From an uncultured virus (IMG/VR IMGVR_UViG_3300033177_000001) (Duplodnaviria > Heunggongvirae > Uroviricota > Caudoviricetes): a stretch of 64,000 nucleotides of DNA. The stretch lies in the IMG/VR virus record IMGVR_UViG_3300033177_000001; one strand, written 5' to 3'. Positions 14,155 through 23,015 of the stretch are shown here, one piece after another (position 1 is the stretch's first letter; each line of letters opens with the position of its first letter). The notes under the pieces were generated by a model that saw only the letters and a list, made by a program, of their open reading frames with translations, was not told the DNA's origin and did not search any database. The position numbers and the translations under genes are program-made.

Positions 14155-16641
14155 ATGCCCGTTGCGGCAAGAAAGAATACGATTTCGGAGGGCGAAAGCC
14201 CGATTAGTTCCGTGAAGTACAACGAGGAGATGGACAATGTTTATTTCAGTCTGAACAAGGCCATGTCTTTCTTCTCCGGTGAGTCGGCTCCGGACGAGCC
14301 GATGTTGAATCAATACTGGTTGGACACGGCATCCGATCCGGCGGTCTTGCGGCGGTATGACGGTTCGGTATGGTTGTGGACGGGGATTCACTTCGGCACG
14401 ACTGTTCCTTTGAATCCAATTTCCGGCGCGTTTTTCATCAACTCCGACGCGGGAACGATGGCGTTCTGGGACGGAGCTGAGTGGCAATCCCTCCCCGGCA
14501 CGGCTATCGGGTTTGATCCGGGCGATACGGATTTGGTTTCGACGAATCTTGAGGACGCGTTGAAGGAGATGTACGTTTCGTACCTGGATACTCTTGCGCA
14601 GGCCGAGATCGCTGTGACGGCTGCGGGACAAGCCTCCGGGTATGCGACGGCTGCGGACGAAGCGCGTGCGGCGGCGGTGACGGCCCAGGGACTTGCCGAA
14701 GGCGCGGAGACGGGGGCTGTGGCGGCGCAGGAGTTTGCGGAGTTGGCGCAGGGGTTTGCCGAGGACGCGCAGACGGATGCGGAAACGGCTCGGGACAAGG
14801 CGGAGGATTGGGCGGAGGAAGCGGAGGATACGGAGGTTGAGGCGGGGAAGTACAGCGCGAAGCACCATGCGTTGAAGGCTGGCGCTTCCGCTGCGGCCGC
14901 TTCTTCTTCCGAGACGATGGCGGCGAAGTGGGCCGAAGAAGATGAGGATATCCCCGTTGTTACGGGAGAATACTCCGCGAAACATTGGGCGAAAAAGGCG
15001 GAGGGGAACGCTACGGTCGGGCCGTCGGCATACGATTTAGCGGTTCAAGAAGGGTATTCAGGTACGCTGGAGGAGTGGGTGCTTTCCCTTAACGGAGACA
15101 ATGGTTTGTCCGCTTACGAAATAGCGGTGGTTAATGGATTTGAAGGAGACGATGAGGCTTGGCTTGAATCTCTTAAAGTGAAAGGCGACACGGGCGACGG
15201 TGTACCTCCGATAGCGGAGGGCGACGCAGGGAAGCTCGTTGCCGTCAAGGGTGATGAGAGCGGGTACGAGACTGTTGCCCCCTACACCCTCCCGACGGCA
15301 AGCGCCGACACGCTCGGCGGGGTGAAGGTGGGCGCGAATCTGAACATCGCGGACGGCGTATTGAGCGCGGAAGCAGGTGGCGTCTCCTCATGGGATGACC
15401 TGACGGACAAGCCGGAGTCTTTTGCCCCCTCCGCCCACGCCCTCGACGCGCACACGGCTGTGACGCTTGCGGAACTGTCCGCGAAGGTCAGCGACAAGGA
15501 TATCGCGAGCACGGATGCCGCCACGACGAGCGCGGCGGGGCTGATGAGCGCGAGCGACAAGGTGAAGGTGGACGGCGTGCCCGTTCCGGTCGAAGGCGAC
15601 GCAGGAAAGGCTATCGTGGTGGACGAGTCTCTGGCCTTTGCGCTTGGGACTGTTTCCGGCGGTTCCGACCTACTCGGTACTGCGGTGTACGCTCGTTCGG
15701 AGCCGTTTGCCCGCGACTCAGCGAATACGCTCGCTACGCCGCCGGCGAAGGTGGAAGTGGACGGTGCTCTCCTCTCCTTCGCCGCCGGGACAATCGGACT
15801 GAACACGGCGGGAAACTGGGACGCCTCCACCTACGCGACTCCTGCGAACAGGGCTGGCAAGGACTTCTATGTGTACGCGACCGCGGACGGGTTGATTTTG
15901 TCCGCGAACGCGACATACCCGACGGGCTACCCCGCTGCGAACAGCCGCAAGATCGGCGGCTTCCACTGCCTCTGCGTGGCGGTTGGCACCATCTCCGGGC
16001 ATCCTCTTTCCGGCATGGCTGCTGGCGACATACTCCCGGCCTCGGTGTGGGACTTGCAGCACAGGCCGCAGTGCTCACCCGAGGGCATGGTGTGGAGCGA
16101 AGCCGCCGGTATCTGGGTGGACATCTACCTCCAGAGCGGCACTGGTACGAGCACGAAGTCCGCGAACGGCGGCACCATCACGGATACTCGCAACTGGATG
16201 GACTTTGTGGATGATCTTGGTGCAGTCGGTAAGCGGTTACTCGACGATGGAGAGTTTCAGAAGATAGCCGCGGGTGGGAACGAGGAGACGAATATAGCCG
16301 GTTCCGCCGATCCAGGCACGACTACAGGGCACACGGATACGGCAGGCAGGCGCATGATCAGCAACATCGGCTGCGAGGATTGTGCTGGGGTGGTATACCA
16401 GTGGTTGCTGGATCAGAGTTATCGCGTTGGAACGGGGGCTGCGTGGAACTGGTATGATTTGCCGGGTGCGAAGGGCAGTCTGTATAACTACTCGACCGCA
16501 GGGGATGCTGACGTAAAGCTCCTTGCGGGCGGTCATTGGTATCATGGCACGTCTTGCGGTTCGCGGTGTCGTCGTGCGGATATCCGCCGCTGGTATGTCT
16601 CTTCGACTTTCAGCGCGCGGGGGTGCTGCGGAGCCATGTAG
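14155..16641 (+). CDS. Tail fibre / receptor-binding protein with C-terminal Mtd-like (C-type lectin fold) domain
   Basis: SAKHWA, SAYEIAVxNGF, YTLPTASADTLGGVKVG fibre motifs; SRKIGGFH, SVWDL..RP, GRRMISNIGCEDCAG, LLAGGxW..CGSR. Confidence 0.85.
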   Translation: MPVAARKNTISEGESPISSVKYNEEMDNVYFSLNKAMSFFSGESAPDEPMLNQYWLDTASDPAVLRRYDGSVWLWTGIHFGTTVPLNPISGAFFINSDAGTMAFWDGAEWQSLPGTAIGFDPGDTDLVSTNLEDALKEMYVSYLDTLAQAEIAVTAAGQASGYATAADEARAAAVTAQGLAEGAETGAVAAQEFAELAQGFAEDAQTDAETARDKAEDWAEEAEDTEVEAGKYSAKHHALKAGASAAAASSSETMAAKWAEEDEDIPVVTGEYSAKHWAKKAEGNATVGPSAYDLAVQEGYSGTLEEWVLSLNGDNGLSAYEIAVVNGFEGDDEAWLESLKVKGDTGDGVPPIAEGDAGKLVAVKGDESGYETVAPYTLPTASADTLGGVKVGANLNIADGVLSAEAGGVSSWDDLTDKPESFAPSAHALDAHTAVTLAELSAKVSDKDIASTDAATTSAAGLMSASDKVKVDGVPVPVEGDAGKAIVVDESLAFALGTVSGGSDLLGTAVYARSEPFARDSANTLATPPAKVEVDGALLSFAAGTIGLNTAGNWDASTYATPANRAGKDFYVYATADGLILSANATYPTGYPAANSRKIGGFHCLCVAVGTISGHPLSGMAAGDILPASVWDLQHRPQCSPEGMVWSEAAGIWVDIYLQSGTGTSTKSANGGTITDTRNWMDFVDDLGAVGKRLLDDGEFQKIAAGGNEETNIAGSADPGTTTGHTDTAGRRMISNIGCEDCAGVVYQWLLDQSYRVGTGAAWNWYDLPGAKGSLYNYSTAGDADVKLLAGGHWYHGTSCGSRCRRADIRRWYVSSTFSARGCCGAM

Positions 16642-16663
16642 CTCAACTAAAGGAGATGATCAA

Positions 16664-16945
16664 ATGAGAGGTTTTCCGAAACATTTCAACACGAAGCAAG
16701 ACGTTCTGAACGCGCTCGAACTTTTCCCCGACGAAACGCGAGCCTACTGTCAAACACTCCTCGACACGCGCAAGCTCTGGGTTCAGGTGGAGTACACCGC
16801 GCCCGGCATCAATGACGAGAGCCACTACACAAGAACTGACGAGGCCGGGAACGTCTACCAGATGGAGTACCGCGACGATCCGAACGGGGATATTCCAAGG
16901 CTCGGATTCACTGTGGAAGAATTGGAGGCGGTAGTCAATGGTTAG
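16664..16945 (+). CDS. Hypothetical tail-associated protein (MRGFPKHFNTKQD...)
   Basis: SD AAGGAG; directly follows fibre. Confidence 0.65.
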   Translation: MRGFPKHFNTKQDVLNALELFPDETRAYCQTLLDTRKLWVQVEYTAPGINDESHYTRTDEAGNVYQMEYRDDPNGDIPRLGFTVEELEAVVNG

Positions 16946-17384
16946 CATTCCGGCACCGACTCCGAGGCATCAGCTGATTAACGGGCGCTGGCAGATTCCG
17001 ATGGATGAGCTGCGAGCTGAGAAAATCCATGAAATCCAGCAGGCGAGCAATTCCGCGATAGCCTCCATGACCGCAGGGTACACAGTTGGAGAGGTCCAGT
17101 CCTTCGAGCAACAGCGGCGCGGGGCTGCTGACATCCTCGCCGGGAACACCGAGACGGAGGACGCGCAGTATGTGGCGGCGCTTGCGGCTGCTCGTGCTGC
17201 GGCTGGCGACGAAGGCATGACCGCCCTTGAGCTTGCTGGGCGGATAACTGCGAACGCGACGGCTGCGGAGCAGGCTACGATTGCAATCCTCGGGCTGCAA
17301 CAGGGGCTTGAGGTGCGGGCGAGGGTGGCGACTACACCGGAGGAGTTGGAGGGGATTGTGTGGAGTGCGGAACTATCCTCCTGA
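16938..17384 (+). CDS. Tail fibre assembly/chaperone-like protein
   Basis: LRAEKIHEI..GYTVGEVQSFEQQ..ATTPEELEGIVW pattern; position after fibre. Confidence 0.6.
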   Translation: MVSIPAPTPRHQLINGRWQIPMDELRAEKIHEIQQASNSAIASMTAGYTVGEVQSFEQQRRGAADILAGNTETEDAQYVAALAAARAAAGDEGMTALELAGRITANATAAEQATIAILGLQQGLEVRARVATTPEELEGIVWSAELSS

Positions 17385-17665
17385 TTCCGCTGATTCACGA
17401 ACTCGGGCACTGGCTGGCGGCGAGGCTCTTCGGGGCCTCGCTTCGCTTTAGATTCGAGTGGGGGAAATACTACGTCCCACGCTGGACGTGGCGGTGGCCT
17501 GACGTGACTAAAAGCCAACTCCGCATCATCTGCCTCGCCGGGTTCGGGCTGGAGTTTGCCATCTTGCCGTGGATGCCGCTGCCGTATCAGGTGGCGGCGA
17601 TCCTCCACTTCGTGGCGTATCCATTTTACGCTGGGGAGAAGTCTGATTGGAAGGGAGTGATTTGA
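17360..17665 (+). CDS. Small membrane protein with HExxH (M50 peptidase-like)
   Basis: LIHELGHWLAA and hydrophobic LAGFGLEF segment. Confidence 0.5.
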   Translation: MECGTILLIPLIHELGHWLAARLFGASLRFRFEWGKYYVPRWTWRWPDVTKSQLRIICLAGFGLEFAILPWMPLPYQVAAILHFVAYPFYAGEKSDWKGVI

Positions 17666-18048
17666 TGTGGAGATTCCCGAACTTTATCCGCGATGAGTTC
17701 GCGTGTGGGTGCGGTTGTGGGTTCGACGAGATCGACCCGCTGCTTGTCTCGACGCTGCAACGGCTCCGGGACGAGGTTCAGCGGCCTGTAATCGTCAATT
17801 CCGGGTGTCGGTGCGCGGCGTACAACGCGACATTGCCCAAGCACAGCAAGACCAGCCGTCATATCAAGGGCAAGGCAGCCGACATCAAGGTCAAAGGCAT
17901 GACCAGCGGGCAGATAATCGACATCATCAAGCGCCTCTATCTCGACGGAGAGCTGTACGTGGGGTATGTCTACGCGATCAACGGGCGCTCGGTGCATGTC
18001 GACGTGCGGGCGCCGCAAAGCCAGACAGTGAGGCGGTGGACGCGGTGA
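17665..18048 (+). CDS. Endolysin, peptidase M15A family
   Basis: EFACGCGCG, VNSGCRC..YN, SRHIKGKAADI, VHVDVR. Confidence 0.9.
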   Translation: MWRFPNFIRDEFACGCGCGFDEIDPLLVSTLQRLRDEVQRPVIVNSGCRCAAYNATLPKHSKTSRHIKGKAADIKVKGMTSGQIIDIIKRLYLDGELYVGYVYAINGRSVHVDVRAPQSQTVRRWTR

Positions 18049-18335
18049 ACGACTTTCTGGACCACTGCAAACTCCTGCTCCCTGCGGTGCTGGTGGCCAT
18101 GCTCGGGAGCGCGATCAAGTACATCCGGCGTCATCGCGGCGAGCCGTTTCGGTGGGGGGAACTTCTCTCAGGTTTGGCGGTTGCCGCGTTCGCCGGGCTG
18201 GTGGTGCGCATGCTTTGCCTGGGCTTCGGGCTGAACGAGTGGATCTCGACAGCGGCGGTGGCGATGGCGGGATACGGCGGAGGGAAGACGTTGGATCTTC
18301 TTGTAGACGCGATATCAAAGAGGGCGGTGAGGTGA
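18045..18335 (+). CDS. Holin (LydA-like, about 3 TM)
   Basis: Hydrophobic segments, AAFAGLVV..AVAMAGYGG; overlaps endolysin stop. Confidence 0.7.
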   Translation: MNDFLDHCKLLLPAVLVAMLGSAIKYIRRHRGEPFRWGELLSGLAVAAFAGLVVRMLCLGFGLNEWISTAAVAMAGYGGGKTLDLLVDAISKRAVR

Positions 18336-18547
18336 TGGCGGATTTTAAACGCTGGTGGTGGGAAAATGTCTTCAGGGTTCTCGACCAGATCGAGACGCGG
18401 GACGTGCTGATCTTTCTCGGGGCGCTTGGGATGTTTGTCTTGATCTGGACGGAGAAGATTCACAGCGAGCATTTAGGTTCCATCGTGGCGGCGATTGCCG
18501 GGTACACGGTGGGACGACCGAACTCTCGGAAAGGGGGAGGCGAATGA
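18335..18547 (+). CDS. Small 2-TM membrane protein in lysis cassette
   Basis: MADFKRWWW..; SD GAGGTG; two hydrophobic stretches. Confidence 0.55.
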   Translation: MADFKRWWWENVFRVLDQIETRDVLIFLGALGMFVLIWTEKIHSEHLGSIVAAIAGYTVGRPNSRKGGGE

Positions 18548-18864
18548 AACGATGGCAGTGGATTGGTATTGGTGTCCTCATGGCTTGTCTGATTGCCCTC
18601 TGGCTCTCGGGCAGGGTGGAGGGTTTGATGCTTGCCCTCTCCGGTGCTGGTTTGGCAGGGGCGTTCAAACTCGGGGAGGGCCGCCGAGAGACGGACAAAG
18701 CCTCGGAAGAAACGAGGAAGACGATAGAGAGATTGGACGACTTGCGAAAGCAGCACGAAGAGGAGGTTGCAAAAATTGAAGAGGCTGGTAAGCATCGCAC
18801 TGTTGATGATGTTATTTCTCGCGCCAACGAGCGCGAACGCCGGGGAGATACGACTCTCCGCTGA
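18544..18864 (+). CDS. Membrane-anchored coiled-coil protein (i-spanin-like)
   Basis: N-terminal TM then charged helix; lysis context. Confidence 0.5.
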   Translation: MKRWQWIGIGVLMACLIALWLSGRVEGLMLALSGAGLAGAFKLGEGRRETDKASEETRKTIERLDDLRKQHEEEVAKIEEAGKHRTVDDVISRANERERRGDTTLR

Positions 18865-19177
18865 CGGGCAGAGCGTCATCGTTCCGGTCGACATTTTTCA
18901 GCGGCGTCAACTCGACCTTGAGAAGTACGACGCGATGAAGTTGTATGTGGCGAAGATCGAGGCCGAGATCGTAAAACTGCGGGATCAGGAAGCGATACGC
19001 GAGGCCCTTCTTGCTCAGGAACGCCGCGCCTCCGAGGAAGAGATTGCCCGGTGGGTGGTTGCGCACGAGAGGGCGGATCGCAAAGCGAAGATGCCTGGTA
19101 TCGGTCTCGGAGTTGGGTACGGCTCAAACGGGGAGTTCGTCGGCATGGTCGGCATCGTCTGGAAGCCGTTCTGGTGA
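18767..19177 (+). CDS. Secreted coiled-coil protein with C-terminal beta-hairpin (spanin-like partner)
   Basis: Signal peptide ending ANA; overlaps previous gene; ends GIGLGVGYG..VGIVWKPFW. Confidence 0.5.
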   Translation: MQKLKRLVSIALLMMLFLAPTSANAGEIRLSADGQSVIVPVDIFQRRQLDLEKYDAMKLYVAKIEAEIVKLRDQEAIREALLAQERRASEEEIARWVVAHERADRKAKMPGIGLGVGYGSNGEFVGMVGIVWKPFW

Positions 19178-19371
19178 TGAAAAGAGGGAGCCGCTAGGCT
19201 CCCTCACTCAGTACAAATCGCTCCGGTCAATCTCTTTCTCCCATTCATCTGGTTCGTCCTGTCTCATTTTTCCTTCCTCCTTTTCCTCTCCTCTACGCTC
19301 GCCTCTCGGAATTTAACAACCGTACGCAAAACCGGACGCACGCGCCCGATATCCCTTGCAACGCCTATTGA

Positions 19372-19394
19372 TTCGATTCCCCCCGCCTCCACCA
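19372..19394 (+). other. attP-like core: 3' end of tmRNA/tRNA
   Basis: TTCGATTCCCCCCGCCTCCACCA = T-loop, acceptor 3' strand and CCA, without the 5' part. Confidence 0.75.
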
Positions 19395-19416
19395 ACGCAG
19401 GTTTCACAGGCTTTTA

Positions 19417-19453
19417 CCCGGTCCCTCACATCCAGTGGGGGACCGGTTTTTTT
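19417..19453 (+). terminator. Terminator downstream of att core
   Basis: CCGGTCCC..GGGACCGG then T7. Confidence 0.8.
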
Positions 19454-19486
19454 ATGCCTTCATCCTTCACCGGGCATTACCCTTTT

Positions 19487-19594
19487 TCACCCGCTTATCG
19501 ACATTTCAGAAACACCGATTAGATCGGCTAATTCCCTCTGAGACAACCCCAGTTCTTGCCTCCGCTTTTGCAGCACCTTCCCCAAGTTTTGCAA
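19487..19594 (-). pseudogene. Truncated cI-like XRE repressor (35 aa)
   Basis: MQNLGKVLQKRRQELGLSQRELADLIGVSEMSISG-stop, with SD GAGGGGAG; stops within the recognition helix. Confidence 0.8.
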
Positions 19595-19622
19595 AAAATC
19601 AACTCCCCTCTATCGGAGAGGT

Positions 19623-19733
19623 TAACCGATTGGTTGTATTTTATCAACTGCCTAAACGGATGTAAAGCCTAACCGTATGGTATTAAACTAAGTAGAATTA
19701 CTTATTTACAGGCTAACCGTTTGGTTGTATAGT
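19623..19733. promoter_or_regulatory. Divergent promoters with three operators (cI/cro switch)
   Basis: TAACCGnnTGGT at 19623, 19670, 19714; rightward TTTACA-N17-TATAGT 19705-19733; leftward TTTACA-N17-TAAAAT 19666-19638. Confidence 0.8.
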
Positions 19734-19761
19734 CTTCCTGCACCACGAAGGAGGTGATGCG

Positions 19762-19947
19762 GTGAAGCTACGCGAAGCTCGCCGGAGAGCGAGATTAACG
19801 CAACAGGAGATGGCTCACCTAATCGGTTGCTCGACAATGACGATAGCAAGGTGGGAAAACGGCGAGCGGATACCTCGGCTAACCGACGCGAGGAAGTTTT
19901 CAGCGATAACGAGAGTTCCGCTCGAAGAGCTTGAATTAGAGAACTAA
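19762..19947 (+). CDS. Cro-like XRE HTH regulator
   Basis: LTQQEMAHLIGCSTMTIARWENGERIP; SD GGAGGTG. Confidence 0.9.
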   Translation: MKLREARRRARLTQQEMAHLIGCSTMTIARWENGERIPRLTDARKFSAITRVPLEELELEN

Positions 19948-20165
19948 GGACCATGCCGCACCTTGACAACATTCCGGCCTACCAGGATGAGCCGAGAAAA
20001 TCACACTGGCACCCGAAAGCGGGAAAGTGGAGCGTCCGGCGCGAAGAGCCTTGATGATCGCCATGACCGGGTGAGAAAAGACAATAAAAAGCGCCGTCGG
20101 CGGACGGCGCAAGGAATGAGGAGGCTGAATGCAGCCTCTATTTTAGCACAATGGGAGGTTAGAAG

Positions 20166-21359
20166 ATGCACACACGAGCGGACGCGCTGCAAAAAAGACT
20201 CTATCCATCAAGAACCGAATTTCTTGCAAAGTCGGGATTGAAAGAAAAACAGTGGCAACGCTTTTCAAATGGAGTAGGAGTTCTTTTTGAATCGGACATT
20301 GAAAGACTTGAATCCCTTTTCCGAGTTACTAAAGATTTCTTTGCTCTTCCAGATGGTCGAGCAGTTATCTCTGAAAGCTGGAACCATGCTGATTCCGATG
20401 CTTGGAGCGAAATAACCAAGGCGGAAAATGTCCAGAAGGAAAAGGCGCGAATTGAAAGCGAGAAAGACAAGTCTGTAAGCCGAAACGGTGAACTCGGGAA
20501 CAACCCTCCCAATAGCAGTAAGGAGTTCACCAAGGTTGATCGCTACAAATGGAATACGAACATAGGGAAAAAAGGCTCTTTTCTTGAGATCGACAAAAAC
20601 GAACTAATGATTGATGAGGAATATCAGCGAGGACTTTACCAGAGTAGAGTAAATAAGATAGCGAGGAACTGGTTTTGGCCGTATGCAAAGACTCTAACAG
20701 TAGTTAAACGCGAAAACGGTTCGCACTTCGTTGTTGACGGCCAACACAGATTGATGGCTGCGAGAAAAAGGCCTGACGTTAAGGTTATGCCGTGCATGGT
20801 ATTTGAGACTCTTGAGGATGCCAGAGATCACATTTCCAGAGAAGAAGAAGCTGATCTTTTTATCGGAGGAAACACCGGAGTAGCCACTGTATCCATAAGA
20901 GACAAAATGGGTGCGCTTCTTTTGAATGGAGATGAGTCAGCGGTTGCCTTGGTAAAAGACCTTGATATGCTCGGATATCAGTTTCATAAACTCGTGAAAA
21001 ACAAAAGAAAGACAGCCCTTGACTGCATAGGTACTCTTTATGATGCCTATAAATCGGACCGCGAATGCGCAAGAGAGGCTTTGCGTTGTGCGGCCATGCT
21101 GACGGGCGGACGTCGCTTCAAAAAAATGCTTTATCAGGCTCTTTTTGGATTCGCCAAAAACGCCAAAAAGCAGGAGCCTCCAATATCAGCAAAGAAATGG
21201 CAAGACCGTATAGTTGCCATTGGCGAGCCTGAAGTCGTCGACTCAATTCACAGATACGCGCTTGCAATGAACAGCCATACGGAAAAGGCGTGGACGTTGG
21301 GACTTATTGAGAAATACAACTACAAACTTGCAAATCGCGTTGAATGGAGAGGCAAGTAA
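20166..21359 (+). CDS. ParB/Srx-like N-domain protein
   Basis: IDEEYQR..VVDGQHRLMAA; AT-richer than flanks. Confidence 0.7.
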   Translation: MHTRADALQKRLYPSRTEFLAKSGLKEKQWQRFSNGVGVLFESDIERLESLFRVTKDFFALPDGRAVISESWNHADSDAWSEITKAENVQKEKARIESEKDKSVSRNGELGNNPPNSSKEFTKVDRYKWNTNIGKKGSFLEIDKNELMIDEEYQRGLYQSRVNKIARNWFWPYAKTLTVVKRENGSHFVVDGQHRLMAARKRPDVKVMPCMVFETLEDARDHISREEEADLFIGGNTGVATVSIRDKMGALLLNGDESAVALVKDLDMLGYQFHKLVKNKRKTALDCIGTLYDAYKSDRECAREALRCAAMLTGGRRFKKMLYQALFGFAKNAKKQEPPISAKKWQDRIVAIGEPEVVDSIHRYALAMNSHTEKAWTLGLIEKYNYKLANRVEWRGK

Positions 21360-21372
21360 AAGAGGAGGACTA

Positions 21373-22621
21373 TATGAAAATCCCCATTGATTCAATCCGT
21401 TTGGACGGCGACACGCAAAGTCGGGACGGAGTAAAGCAGGACATAGTAAACGAATATGCAGACGACATGCGGGAGGGAGCGATTTTCCCTCCCGTCGTCA
21501 TATACGACGACGAGGCCGATAAATGGCTCTCCGAAGGGTTCCATCGTCTGTATGCCGCTCGACAGGCCGGAGCGCAGGAGATCGAAGCCGAAGTACGGCA
21601 GGGGACCAAACGCGATGCGCAGCTCAACTCCATGCGCTCGAACGCCACGCACGGAGCGAGACGCACCAACGCCGACAAGCGCCGGGCGGTGGAGATGGCG
21701 ATAAGAATACTGGTTGAAGATGGGAAGTCGTTGCACGAAATAACAGGTGATCTTATTGCTGAAATGACATTAGTTACAAGACAGTACGTAAACAAGGTAA
21801 AATCTGAAATAGTTGAACAAATGACTACACTTGGAAATAAATTCCAAGTTCCCGAAGTAACAAAGTCCGAAGCCAAAGAACTCACCGTCACGCAGAAGTT
21901 GAAAGAGAAAGTGGATAGTTTGGAGTGGAAGCTCCGAGAGGCCGAACGCCAAAAAGAAGCCTTTGAAAAGCGCGAGAAGGAAATAGCCGAACTCAAAGAG
22001 AAACACCGTAAGGAATCGGAAGCCGCCTCGAAATTCGAGGGTGAAAAGATCAAACTCGAAAACGAAATGAAGTATCTCCAAGAGCGAATCAAAGAAATAG
22101 AGGGTAAGACGGTGGAATACATCACCCCTCCCGACGTCGAAGACGAACTCGAATCCCTCCGCCTCGAAAACTCCCGCATCGCCGCCGCTCTGGAAGAGGC
22201 TCGCAAACCGCAGGCTCCGGTAGCGTTGCCGGATGTGAAGGTTGTGGAGAAAGAGGTAATCGTCACCCCTCCCGAAGTAGAAGCCGAACTGAAGAGGCTG
22301 CGCAAACAGTACGAGGACGAGCAGCGCCTTGAAAGCAAAAAAGCGAAGCTCGAAGAGGACCTTGCGCGACTCCGGGCCGAAGGCGACAACGAGCGGGCGA
22401 AGAATACTTTTTTGTCGCTGTTGGATTACGTTCACGGCACGCGGACCGCGACGGAGCGCATCAAGGCGATGGCGAAGGCCGGAACACTCACGGTCGAACA
22501 TCTGGACGAAAGCGAGCGCCTTTTCATGGCGATGGTCGCCGCCGGGAACGACGGCATGAATACGGTAAGGGAAGCGAGGGGACTTAATGCCGAAAATGCA
22601 GGATTGCGCGTTGTCAAGTGA
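21373..22621 (+). CDS. ParB-like protein with coiled-coil C-terminus
   Basis: FPPVVIY..LSEGFHRLYAA..NATHG..TNADKRRAV; SD GAGGAGG. Confidence 0.75.
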
Positions 22622-23015
22622 GATCGAAAAGCGTCTTCAATCGGACGAGGGAATGACTGTCGACGAATTTATCAACGCGATTGCCGACGAGGTAAGCGAA
22701 CTGGTTTTTCTCAAGCTCGGACAGCGAGCATACGCGAGAAAAGAGCTTCGTAAAAGAAAAGCGAGGTCCGTGTATATCGGACACGTCAGAGGGCGGAGAG
22801 CGTACAGGACGATAACCAAACTCACGCCGGAACAGATCAAGCAGACGATCATGGAGGACGGTACTCTCGTTCTCGCGTTGGAGAACAATATCAGCGGCGC
22901 ATACTGGATGCTTGAAAAACTCCACCACGACATCACATCAGGTCAAAGACTCTTGAACGCCGACGAGTACAGGCGCATAGCTCAAGAGGAAATCAAGAAG
23001 GCTCTAAATCAATAG
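22587..23015 (+). CDS. Hypothetical protein
   Basis: Coupled to upstream gene, followed by hairpin; start uncertain. Confidence 0.55.
   Translation: MPKMQDCALSSEIEKRLQSDEGMTVDEFINAIADEVSELVFLKLGQRAYARKELRKRKARSVYIGHVRGRRAYRTITKLTPEQIKQTIMEDGTLVLALENNISGAYWMLEKLHHDITSGQRLLNADEYRRIAQEEIKKALNQ

Noticed and set aside
16642..17400. Complete DGR cassette (avd, TR, RT)
   Set aside because: No second VR-like copy and no RT motifs seen in any ORF of the window
19330..19394. Intact tRNA or tmRNA gene
   Set aside because: Only the T-loop to CCA is present; upstream sequence does not supply the 5' stem strands
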